In this document: positions 44,080 through 51,128 of the stretch, one piece after another
Layout of the letters: every line of letters begins with the position of its first letter
How positions within the stretch are numbered: position 1 is the stretch's first letter
DNA from: an uncultured Gallionellaceae bacterium
Lineage (GTDB): Bacteria; Pseudomonadota; Gammaproteobacteria; Burkholderiales; Gallionellaceae
Length of the DNA: 51,128 nt
Assembly (NCBI GenBank): GCA_903913145.1
Contig: CAIWKC010000144.1
Span: 1 to 51,128, forward strand
Direction: 5' to 3'
Position numbers and translations under genes: made by a program
Notes under the pieces: generated by a model
What the model saw: the letters and a program-made list of their open reading frames with translations, nothing else
Told to the model about the DNA's origin: nothing
Database searches by the model: none

Positions 44080-44098
44080 TAGGGGGTTTTTAATTTTT
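44070..44098 (+). terminator. Rho-independent terminator (plus strand) closing the plus-strand cassette
   Basis: CCCCCT-CTAGT-AGGGGG followed by TTTTTAATTTTT. Confidence 0.8.
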
Positions 44099-44336
44099 CC
44101 ACCAAATCCAACATCCCCGCAATCATATTTTCCAAACGTTTCAGCTTTCGATTTTGTACCTCCACTTCATCTTCCAACATTTCAATCTGACGTTCCAGAT
44201 ACAACACGTATTCAGGATCGATCTCTGATCCTTCGGAGTCAGTATCCTCTGCTTCAAGCTTACCTTTAATAGCATCCAGCAACCTTTGAAGTGCGCCCAA
44301 TTCTCGATCATCTAAAACGTAAATCTTTTGGTTCAT
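44076..44336 (-). CDS. Acidic coiled-coil protein (86 aa)
   Basis: ATG at 44336 with AAGGA upstream. It converges on the plus-strand cassette. Confidence 0.65.
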   Translation of the reverse strand: MNQKIYVLDDRELGALQRLLDAIKGKLEAEDTDSEGSEIDPEYVLYLERQIEMLEDEVEVQNRKLKRLENMIAGMLDLVEKLKTPY

Positions 44337-44404
44337 CTTAGTTTCCTTTTCGGTTGGTTTACGGTGTAACTTCTTTGTTTCAAACTTTTCCTCTGGCGGG
44401 ATCA

Positions 44405-44788
44405 CTACGCGACTCCTCTCAAAATTAATCCTGCATGAATTTTCTTCAACCCTTCTACTGCCAGTGCATCTACATCCAATCTACGAAACACAATTGAATG
44501 ACCCAACCACAACACACCCAGCGCCGCCCGTTCGTTCATCTCCAATCCCCTCATCGTCCCGTCGACAGCTCGTGATGCTATTGAGTCAGCTTCCTCTTCA
44601 CAGTCATCGAAGCAATTAACGCCCCAGAAGACGAATCCTTTGGATCCGGTAGGGTAACCCCTCACCGCCGACCCTTTACGCATCCAGAGCGCCCATTTAT
44701 CCATGCTGATGCCGACGATTGGAGGAACTCCGGAGAGAAGTAATACTCGATCTTGCCATTCGCGGATTTGGTCAAAGGTCTGGATCAT
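44405..44788 (-). CDS. Putative Q-type late antiterminator (127 aa)
   Basis: By eye it resembles the lambdoid Q family: KWALWMRKGSAVRGYPTGSKGF, then an acidic DDCEEEADSI segment and LGVLWLGHSIVFRRLDVDA ... GLKKIHAGL. It lies at the distal end of the early operon. Confidence 0.45.
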   Translation of the reverse strand: MIQTFDQIREWQDRVLLLSGVPPIVGISMDKWALWMRKGSAVRGYPTGSKGFVFWGVNCFDDCEEEADSIASRAVDGTMRGLEMNERAALGVLWLGHSIVFRRLDVDALAVEGLKKIHAGLILRGVA

Positions 44789-45021
44789 TTGTATGTCTCG
44801 ATTAATTTGTCTAGATAGTGACTCGCCTTTAATAAATCATCGATGCCGTTCTTTTCTTTGTACCTTGTAACGTACTTGATAATATTCCCCTCGAGATATC
44901 CGAGTTTGTTTTGAATAATGTAATCCCAAGGCTGAATAGGGAGCTGATAATGCGAGCCGGCAACTTGCCGATAATTTGCATCGCACGTGGGCATTGGTGG
45001 AGCTACGTAGTAGTCTGGCAT
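44785..45021 (-). CDS. DUF3310-like protein (78 aa)
   Basis: AAGGAG lies upstream of the ATG at 45021. HYQLPIQPWDYI ... GNIIKYVTRYKEKNGIDDLLKASHYLDKLI matches the DUF3310 pattern. Confidence 0.7.
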   Translation of the reverse strand: MPDYYVAPPMPTCDANYRQVAGSHYQLPIQPWDYIIQNKLGYLEGNIIKYVTRYKEKNGIDDLLKASHYLDKLIETYK

Positions 45022-45698
45022 TTCAACTCCTTTAGTTTGCGTTGATAGGTTTTCTTGATCTCGACTAGCTCTTCTTTCGTGTAATGTTTGGGATCGTGCG
45101 GCCCCTCTAACCAATCCAGTTTTTCTTGGCCGATAATCTTCAACAGATTTTTTCTATACTCGATCAGATTTCCACTGAGATACGAGTTACACCTCTCACA
45201 TTGCGGCCAAATATTAATTTCCTCAAACCTGGTTGAAGGCGATGATCCAACTGATCGATAGTGACCACCGTTGATCTTTCCATTCTTTGTTCCACAACTG
45301 ACACAACCCATTCCGAGAGACAAACCGTATTCTCTTCGGTATGCATTGATTGCGATTTGGGCTTCTTTTTTGTACTCGCCTAATGATTTGCATTTCAACT
45401 TCTCCTCTTTGTAGGCTTTACGTTCATCGGCTGTTGCTTTCTTGTGAAGCTTTTCTTTTTCTTGGTGAATATACAAATATGCACAATCCACAGAGCACAC
45501 AAACTGATCAGCGCGCTTCGGCTCGAATTCTGTCTTGCACACTTTGCACTTTTTCAACTTCGGCTTTCGTACCGTGGACAACTTGTCGGCATATCGCTCT
45601 GAAGTCCTACTGTAATTTTCTTGGACAGGCAAACTATCAACAGGAAGTGTCCCTTCCCTTCCGTGGTCTTGCTGCTGAGATGTTTGCATGTTGGGCAT
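45003..45698 (-). CDS. ninG: NinG/Rap-like structure-specific endonuclease
   Basis: It has Cys clusters (CKVCKTEF ... CSVDC; CVSCGT ... GGHYRS ... CERCN) and a basic helical linker typical of lambda NinG. Confidence 0.75.
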   Translation of the reverse strand: MPNMQTSQQQDHGREGTLPVDSLPVQENYSRTSERYADKLSTVRKPKLKKCKVCKTEFEPKRADQFVCSVDCAYLYIHQEKEKLHKKATADERKAYKEEKLKCKSLGEYKKEAQIAINAYRREYGLSLGMGCVSCGTKNGKINGGHYRSVGSSPSTRFEEINIWPQCERCNSYLSGNLIEYRKNLLKIIGQEKLDWLEGPHDPKHYTKEELVEIKKTYQRKLKELKCQTTT

Positions 45699-45707
45699 AG
45701 TTGGGGT

Positions 45708-46949
45708 TTATTTGATTTGATCGACAAAGTTGATCCTCTCGCCAATCCACTGCATGACATTCACCGCCATTGAATTACCCAAAGCTTTGTAACGAGATGA
45801 ATCAGTTGCACTGGGAATATCGGTATATCCGTCAGGAAATCCCTGCAATCTTTCGCACTCTGTTGGGGTAAGGCGGCGCACTTGCATTGATTGGATAAGC
45901 AGCGCATCTGACTCAACACGTTCGTTTCCAGTACGAGAATAAGGTGGACCGCTACTACCCATGCATGGGCCAACTTCTGCTGTTGCAAAACATACCGCAT
46001 GCGCATCAGTTTTGGTGAGCGTGTACGATGACCCGGTATCATCAAATCCAGTTCCGTTACCCCCATTTTCTGGTTGCCTTCCGATTGTGTTACCAGCGAG
46101 CGCAATAGCATCAACAAAGCGACCCCCGTTGATAGAAATCAATGTTTCCGTTTCGCTGTCCAATCGTGTTTTGGTGACTAGACATTTCGCTACAGACGAA
46201 CAGCCCCCCCCGGAATTGATATGCTGATTATCCAGACCATATTTGTCTGCATAGTTATCTTGTAGGGTTGGGGCTACGGATTGGATGATATGTCCTGACT
46301 CACAATCTTGGACTCCGCGACTGAGGCCAGTGCGCGCTCCAATTGTGCCGGCAACCGCTTCCCTCTTTTTTCTGCTCGGCGCAGGACTCCCGCACATGCT
46401 TTCTGAGTCAAAAAGTACCGCTGCGGCACGTCTCCAGTCTCCAAGATGTCCGACAACGAACACACGCCTTCTTCGGTGTGGAACGGCTCGGGGAAACTGG
46501 TGTGTTCGGATGTACTGAGCGTCAAGAACCCGGTAAGCGACCCCATACCCGCATTCTTCCAGCGCAGTGATAAGGGAAGCAAAATCTTTTCCTCCGTTGC
46601 TTGACAGGACTCCGGGTACATTTTCCCATGCCAGCCATTTGGGTTTAAATCGTGAAGCAATGGCAACGTAGGTAAGCATGAGGTTGCCACGTGGATCATC
46701 CAATCCCTTTCTAAGTCCTGCGATACTGAATGATTGGCAGGGCGTTCCTCCCACAAGGACATCTGGTTGTTCAATTTCCCACTCCTTAAATTTAGTCATG
46801 TCACCAAAGTTTTTTACGTGCGGATAGTGATGCGCCAACAGCTTGCATGGGAACGGCTCTATTTCTGAAAATCCAACAGGCTTCCATCCCATGTGATGCC
46901 AAGCTACAGTCGCCGCCTCAATCCCAGAGCAAACAGATAAATATTTCAT
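45708..46949 (-). CDS. dcm: DNA (cytosine-5)-methyltransferase
   Basis: Motifs seen are I (LSVCSGIE), IV (GGTPCQSFS), VI (AWENVPG), VIII (RRRRVFVVG), IX-X (RRLTPTECERLQGFP) and LGNSMAVNV. Confidence 0.93.
   Translation of the reverse strand: MKYLSVCSGIEAATVAWHHMGWKPVGFSEIEPFPCKLLAHHYPHVKNFGDMTKFKEWEIEQPDVLVGGTPCQSFSIAGLRKGLDDPRGNLMLTYVAIASRFKPKWLAWENVPGVLSSNGGKDFASLITALEECGYGVAYRVLDAQYIRTHQFPRAVPHRRRRVFVVGHLGDWRRAAAVLFDSESMCGSPAPSRKKREAVAGTIGARTGLSRGVQDCESGHIIQSVAPTLQDNYADKYGLDNQHINSGGGCSSVAKCLVTKTRLDSETETLISINGGRFVDAIALAGNTIGRQPENGGNGTGFDDTGSSYTLTKTDAHAVCFATAEVGPCMGSSGPPYSRTGNERVESDALLIQSMQVRRLTPTECERLQGFPDGYTDIPSATDSSRYKALGNSMAVNVMQWIGERINFVDQIK
46274..46774 (-). CDS. Candidate overlapping gene in an alternative frame of dcm (166 codons open; likely starts 46699 or 46621)
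   Basis: The translation is protein-like: ...FPEPFHTEEGVCSLSDILETGDVPQRYFLTQKACAGVLRRAEKRGKRLPAQLERALASVAES. AAGGGA lies 4 nt upstream of the ATG at 46699. Confidence 0.4.
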   Translation of the reverse strand: MNNQMSLWEERPANHSVSQDLERDWMIHVATSCLPTLPLLHDLNPNGWHGKMYPESCQATEEKILLPLSLRWKNAGMGSLTGFLTLSTSEHTSFPEPFHTEEGVCSLSDILETGDVPQRYFLTQKACAGVLRRAEKRGKRLPAQLERALASVAESKIVSQDISSNP

Positions 46950-47383
46950 TCTTCACTTTCCGGAAACTCAAGCTGTACTCCCCGCTTCATGAAATCCGCT
47001 TGTACCAATTCCAGATAAGTCGATAATTGCTTCTTGCTCATCAGTGATGTGACCGGTACAAATTCCATCGCGGCCAGTTTCTGCTCGTAGCTCAATACCT
47101 TCAGCCCGGCATCGTAGAACTCGCGAAATTTTTCATCGTCCATGCGTAGAATCGGAATGCCGTGGTGTAGCTTGCAGTACCGTCTCCAACCGTTTGAATC
47201 GTCCTCTCTCAACTCCAGACTGATTTGCGAGTACCAGGCGTGACTCAATGCATTCTGATCCAGACTTCGTTTGTTCACGGCCTCATACCTACCCTCAAGC
47301 TTTCCGGTCTTTTTGTAGAGCAGACGCATCTCGCCAATGACGTTGTGGAGGGATTGTTCTGTGTTGATGTAGAAAGAACTCAC
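46946..47383 (-). CDS. ninB: NinB/Orf-like recombination mediator
   Basis: KRSLDQNALSHAWYSQIS matches the NinB RSLDQN core. The GTG start at 47383 overlaps the stop of the upstream small ORF (GTGA). The stop overlaps the dcm start. Confidence 0.65.
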   Translation of the reverse strand: MSSFYINTEQSLHNVIGEMRLLYKKTGKLEGRYEAVNKRSLDQNALSHAWYSQISLELREDDSNGWRRYCKLHHGIPILRMDDEKFREFYDAGLKVLSYEQKLAAMEFVPVTSLMSKKQLSTYLELVQADFMKRGVQLEFPESEE

Positions 47384-47547
47384 AACTCCACCCCTTCCAA
47401 CTCGTGATACTGCGCCACACAAAACGCACGGTATTCTTTGTCCTCTTTGCACAACCGAATTGTCTCGGCAATGATTGCGTCATCGTTCTCACCAATGAGC
47501 TGCAGCCAAGCTAGAACTTTTTCACGAGGTTTAATTTTTATCTCCAT
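47380..47547 (-). CDS. Small ORF (55 aa), below the ORF-track cutoff
   Basis: MEIKIKPREKVLAWLQLIGENDDAIIAETIRLCKEDKEYRAFCVAQYHELEGVEL. It is coupled to the ninB-like gene, but I see no clear SD. Confidence 0.5.
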   Translation of the reverse strand: MEIKIKPREKVLAWLQLIGENDDAIIAETIRLCKEDKEYRAFCVAQYHELEGVEL

Positions 47548-47865
47548 TACAGTTATCTACTGTTATATATAGTTATCAATTGTTGATTCCTGTTTGGTGA
47601 ACAGACTTAGCCTAATCCTAAGTCCATTACATGTTTCCTCTTCGGAGCCACATGACTCGTAAGCCTTTCGATTAACGGTGCTTACTTCGCCGCCGTTTGC
47701 CCCTGTTTCAAATCTAATCCCTAGCCAGTGGGGCCTCTTCCTGTGCCGCTGTCGTTACCCGCCCAGCACAGTGCTTAATACTTAAAACCTATTCGACTTC
47801 TTTCGATTCTCTGACGCTGTAATAATTTGCAAATTTTGATGAATATGAAGACCGCTAACCTTTTT

Positions 47866-48693
47866 TCATAATTGTTTACGCAACCACTGTGATGCTTTGA
47901 ACAAACCCATTTCTTGATGAAAATCATTAAAATCTTGCCCAACCTTTTCAGGCATGAACCATTTCAATCCGGTTACTCTCGCTACTCTCTCTCCGGTCCC
48001 GGAAGCATCGTTATCCGCGCACACAATCGCATCAGGAAGGGTCTTGGCAACGCGCAAAATGTTCCCGGCAGAGAAACATACGTGGATTGAATACGGAGGC
48101 TTTAAAACGGCTTTTAAACTGAGTGCTGTGGCATATCCCTCACAGAGATAATTTTGCCCACGTGCATTGAAATTGAAAGTTGCATCATTGGTACGCTGAC
48201 CTTTTAGAAATTTTTTATTCCCATGTATATCGATCAGCTGCACACCACATATATTTCCACGGAAGTACATCGGGATGACCAGAAGCGGATCGCAATCTTC
48301 TCTGTGCCATACATTGGCAAGCAGGTCACGGAAACCTTTTGAATCAAGATAGGCATGTTGTGATAGTTCACACTGAGACAGAATCCACTTAGCTTTTTCA
48401 GATGCTTTTCTTTGTAAAGCTTGACGCTCTAACGAATGCGATTTTTTCGCCACATCCATTTTTATTTTTAATTCTTTTTGCTCAAAAGCTGTTCTTGGTT
48501 TATTGTCGAACCATGTATCTGGAGTTTCTTGAATGGCCCAATTCTGAACATGTCCATACTCACCAGCAAAGTAGTACGCGCCATTTTTGCTACGAGGATG
48601 GTCTACCGTCTTAACTCTTTTCCATTTTCCAGACACCAACCCATCATCAATGATGAGGCCGCGCTCTGCTGCAAATGATACAAAGTCGTTCAT
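47866..48693 (-). CDS. Toprim-domain DNA primase-like protein
   Basis: GKWKRVKTVDHPRSKNGAYYF is followed by the Toprim residues CEGYATALS (E) and CADNDASGTGE (DxD). Confidence 0.8.
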   Translation of the reverse strand: MNDFVSFAAERGLIIDDGLVSGKWKRVKTVDHPRSKNGAYYFAGEYGHVQNWAIQETPDTWFDNKPRTAFEQKELKIKMDVAKKSHSLERQALQRKASEKAKWILSQCELSQHAYLDSKGFRDLLANVWHREDCDPLLVIPMYFRGNICGVQLIDIHGNKKFLKGQRTNDATFNFNARGQNYLCEGYATALSLKAVLKPPYSIHVCFSAGNILRVAKTLPDAIVCADNDASGTGERVARVTGLKWFMPEKVGQDFNDFHQEMGLFKASQWLRKQL

Positions 48694-50168
48694 GCAGCTT
48701 TCCTTTTTGCGAAAGCAATGTGTTTATGTTTAATCCAATTTTTTACTTCTTCAGACGGAAACTCAGCTACTTTTTTCCACGGTGGATATATGCCGAATTT
48801 CTCTTTATATTGATGGTATGCCCACCCCTCTTGCCACCCTTTTTGTCTTGCATACCCGAGCAAGCCGCGATAGAAAGATTCTTTGTATTCGCTAGAAAAC
48901 TTTTCCTTGACCGGTTCATTGCCAAGCTCTTCCATTTCACCCGCGACTGCATGAACTGTATTTCGGACAACACGCACCGCGCCGCAGTGAACACATGAGT
49001 CAGAACCACCAACCCAAAACGCACCACACACCGGGCAATGTGCAGCTTCTTTTTCTTTTGCGGTCGGTTCTTTTTTTGTTACCTCAGAACTATCGTTAAG
49101 CTCATCAACTCCAGAGCTATACAATTTGTCCCACTGATCTTTAAAGCGCAAATAGTTTCCCGAGTGATCTAGCCATACCGCATAGGCTTTATCAGGGTGA
49201 GGGCGCATGACACGACCCAGCTGTTGAACATGACTTGAGAATGATTTAGTAAACGGTCTAGCTGATATTCCGATGCACACATCGGCCTGATCAAATCCTT
49301 TTGTCAAAATATCAGTACTGATAATTCCTACAATGTCCGAATCTAGTTTGGCGAATTCAGCTAATACCTCGGCTTTATATTCGTCAGAGTCTTTATGGGA
49401 TATATCGAGAAAGTTATATCCAGATTGTTGAAACTGAGTAGCTAAAGATTTCCCATGTTCAACACCGGCACAGAAACAAATTGTTTTACGTGGCCCACCA
49501 AATATTTCATGGGTCTTTTTCAGCCACTCGGCAACAATATCTCCAACGATCTTTGCGCCTCGTTTTGTGACTTCCGCATCTGACCATTCGCCTTTGAAAT
49601 TCTTTTCCGCGCCAGTCATATCAATTTCTTTGGCTCTAAAAACACGAAGCGGGGCGAGCATTCCTTGATCTACCAGTTCTCTCGTGGTAATTGCATTCAC
49701 GACATGCGAATAGTAATTACCGAGTCCTTTTGTAAATGGGCTAGCTGACAAACCAATAACTCTGACTTCAGGATGATTTTCAATAAACTCAATAATTGAT
49801 GCTCGATTGCAGTGAGCTTCATCGACAATTAAAAGCTTGAGTCCAGGAAAAGACTCCCGTGCTTCCAGAGTTTGCACAGAGCAAATTTGAATTTGACGGT
49901 CAGGGCGGTATCTCCAATGGCCGGACATTAAAACGCCGTGATCAATTGCATACTTTTCCAGACGTTTAGATGTTTGATCACAGAGAACACGTCGATCCAT
50001 AATCATAGCCACACGTGAACCCTTGTCTGCCGCCGCTGAAAGCAATGCAATCGCTGTTTCAGTCTTTCCTGATCCGGTGGGCGCATAAAGCATAATTGCT
50101 TTGTGGGCCGCAAAAGCACCGCGCAGCTTTTCAATACTGCTTGATTGGTAATCGCGTAGGTTAAGCAT
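48690..50168 (-). CDS. SF2 DEAH-box DNA helicase with C-terminal zinc ribbon
   Basis: Motifs seen are Walker A APTGSGKT, DEAH (LIVDEAHC), SAS (GLSASP), QQLGRVMR and CPVCG ... CVHCG. Confidence 0.88.
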   Translation of the reverse strand: MLNLRDYQSSSIEKLRGAFAAHKAIMLYAPTGSGKTETAIALLSAAADKGSRVAMIMDRRVLCDQTSKRLEKYAIDHGVLMSGHWRYRPDRQIQICSVQTLEARESFPGLKLLIVDEAHCNRASIIEFIENHPEVRVIGLSASPFTKGLGNYYSHVVNAITTRELVDQGMLAPLRVFRAKEIDMTGAEKNFKGEWSDAEVTKRGAKIVGDIVAEWLKKTHEIFGGPRKTICFCAGVEHGKSLATQFQQSGYNFLDISHKDSDEYKAEVLAEFAKLDSDIVGIISTDILTKGFDQADVCIGISARPFTKSFSSHVQQLGRVMRPHPDKAYAVWLDHSGNYLRFKDQWDKLYSSGVDELNDSSEVTKKEPTAKEKEAAHCPVCGAFWVGGSDSCVHCGAVRVVRNTVHAVAGEMEELGNEPVKEKFSSEYKESFYRGLLGYARQKGWQEGWAYHQYKEKFGIYPPWKKVAEFPSEEVKNWIKHKHIAFAKRKAA

Positions 50169-51060
50169 GGACTGCTGCCTTCTTCTTTAAACCGTCGATC
50201 TCTCTGCGCTGCATCAGAATTTGCTTGTTCATTGCCGCATTTTCGTTCTGCAAAATATTGCGAGATTCAGTCAGCGTTTTATTAATTTCTTGAAGGGTTT
50301 TAATTTGGTTGCGCAAGTCTGCAATGATTTCAGATGCACTTTGCTCTGCCGGTGGCAAGTGACCAACTGCAATTGCATCTTTGAGTTTCTGATTTTCTTC
50401 AGCCAGATCAACTATTGCTTGATGAGCTTCTTCAAGTTCATGTTCTTTTGGATCGTAAGCATCTTCAAGTGCAATTGGTTCCATGGAACACTTGCTAGAT
50501 TTAGACGCAAACTGCGGAGCAACTTGCTTGACCGCATCCTGAAATTTAACTTCACCATTAACAACCTTTTTAGCCAACTCTGGGTCGGCTTTAACTACAG
50601 CATCAGCACGTTTTTGTGTAGACAGGCTGGCTCCAGATTGTTTAGCTCTCGACGCTGTTGAATCTTGAGGGTGGTTCCATGGAACTACCCTCTGGTTGTC
50701 CTCTTGAGGGTGGTTCCATGGAACTACCCTCTGGTTGTCCCCTAACTTGTATGCCTTGGTCCAATCCTGAACACTTGCGACAATAAGCGCATGCAGATTT
50801 AAAGGAAGGTGCCTACGGTGAAAATTGGCACTCAATACATAAGCGGCAATATCGTCGCCTTCGTACTGTTTAAAAATAGGCTCAACTCCCGCCGCAAGGC
50901 ATGCCTTATAACGATTGCCACCGTCCAAAATCATTCCATCAAATAAAACGATTGGCTCACGTAGGCCATGCTCCTTAATATCCAGACGTAAACAATCCAG
51001 ATCTAAGTCCGAAAGTCTAGGAAAAATAGTGCAAAGTGGATGTAGTTCTAAAGTCTGCAT
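50161..51060 (-). CDS. ParB-like nuclease-domain protein
   Basis: GGAG lies 5 nt upstream of the ATG at 51060. The ParB N-terminal pattern is LHPLCTIFPRL ... GLREPIVLFDGMILDGGNRYKAC. It contains an in-frame 13-aa tandem duplication. Confidence 0.8.
   Translation of the reverse strand: MQTLELHPLCTIFPRLSDLDLDCLRLDIKEHGLREPIVLFDGMILDGGNRYKACLAAGVEPIFKQYEGDDIAAYVLSANFHRRHLPLNLHALIVASVQDWTKAYKLGDNQRVVPWNHPQEDNQRVVPWNHPQDSTASRAKQSGASLSTQKRADAVVKADPELAKKVVNGEVKFQDAVKQVAPQFASKSSKCSMEPIALEDAYDPKEHELEEAHQAIVDLAEENQKLKDAIAVGHLPPAEQSASEIIADLRNQIKTLQEINKTLTESRNILQNENAAMNKQILMQRREIDGLKKKAAVHA
50663..50741. repeat. 39-bp direct tandem duplication (2 copies, 1 mismatch), in frame
   Basis: cttgagggtggttccatggaactaccctctggttgtcc(t/c) occurs twice and encodes DNQRVVPWNHPQE/DNQRVVPWNHPQD. 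Confidence 0.95.
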
Positions 51061-51128
51061 GTCTGCTCCATATATAGAGTGCAAAAACTTGCTATTTCTG
51101 TTTCTTGGGCGTAATACTCTTGACCCCA

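Larger units (their letters stand above)
152..51128. mobile_element. Integrase-bearing tailed-phage genome / prophage segment (podovirus-like module set)
   Basis: There is a contiguous set of integrase, replication, terminase, portal, capsid, tail, tailspike and lysis genes. Genes are tightly packed with many ATGA/TAATG overlaps. A tRNA-derived att core lies next to int. Confidence 0.88.

Noticed and set aside
45761-46117. A second nested same-strand ORF (118 aa) in the 3-prime half of dcm.
   Set aside because: The translation has no protein-like features, in contrast to the 46274-46774 frame. I treat it as chance.

Overview
The window is almost entirely one integrase-bearing tailed-phage genome or prophage. 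It looks podovirus-like: I see no tape-measure, sheath or tube genes. Nearly every gene is on the minus strand. Only the integrase, a coupled lipoprotein gene and one small cassette near 43.2-44.1 kb are on the plus strand.

Layout, left to right on the plus strand:
- 152-199: the 3-prime 48 nt of a tRNA-Cys, a likely att core. No full tRNA is present.
- int, followed by the lipoprotein gene.
- Then, read right to left as minus-strand transcription runs:
  - An early operon: ParB-like, SF2 helicase, Toprim primase, NinB-like, C5-methyltransferase, NinG/Rap-like, DUF3310-like, and a Q-like antiterminator.
  - A divergent-promoter accessory module.
  - A predicted late promoter, leader and terminator.
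  - The late operon: small proteins, TerS, and TerL with an intein.
  - Two tailspike paralogues, portal, scaffold, major capsid protein and two decoration-like paralogues.
  - Tail proteins and a tail fibre.
  - A lysis cassette: small membrane proteins, GH24 endolysin, holin-like protein, and nested i-/o-spanins.
  - A metallophosphoesterase, ejection-type proteins and two giant proteins of 1511 and 1797 aa.

Most notable observations:
1. The TerL intein contains a separately translated, out-of-frame Endo VII/HNH endonuclease gene. This gives 471 nt of dual coding.
2. A 166-codon same-strand alternative frame inside the dcm gene translates to a protein-like sequence.
3. A self-contained divergent-promoter module holds a consensus promoter, a roughly 260-nt structured leader with a uORF, and an unrecognised 139-aa plus 53-aa operon.
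4. A duplicated tailspike cassette with conserved flanks sits between terL and portal.

All functional calls come from motif recognition by eye. No searches were run.
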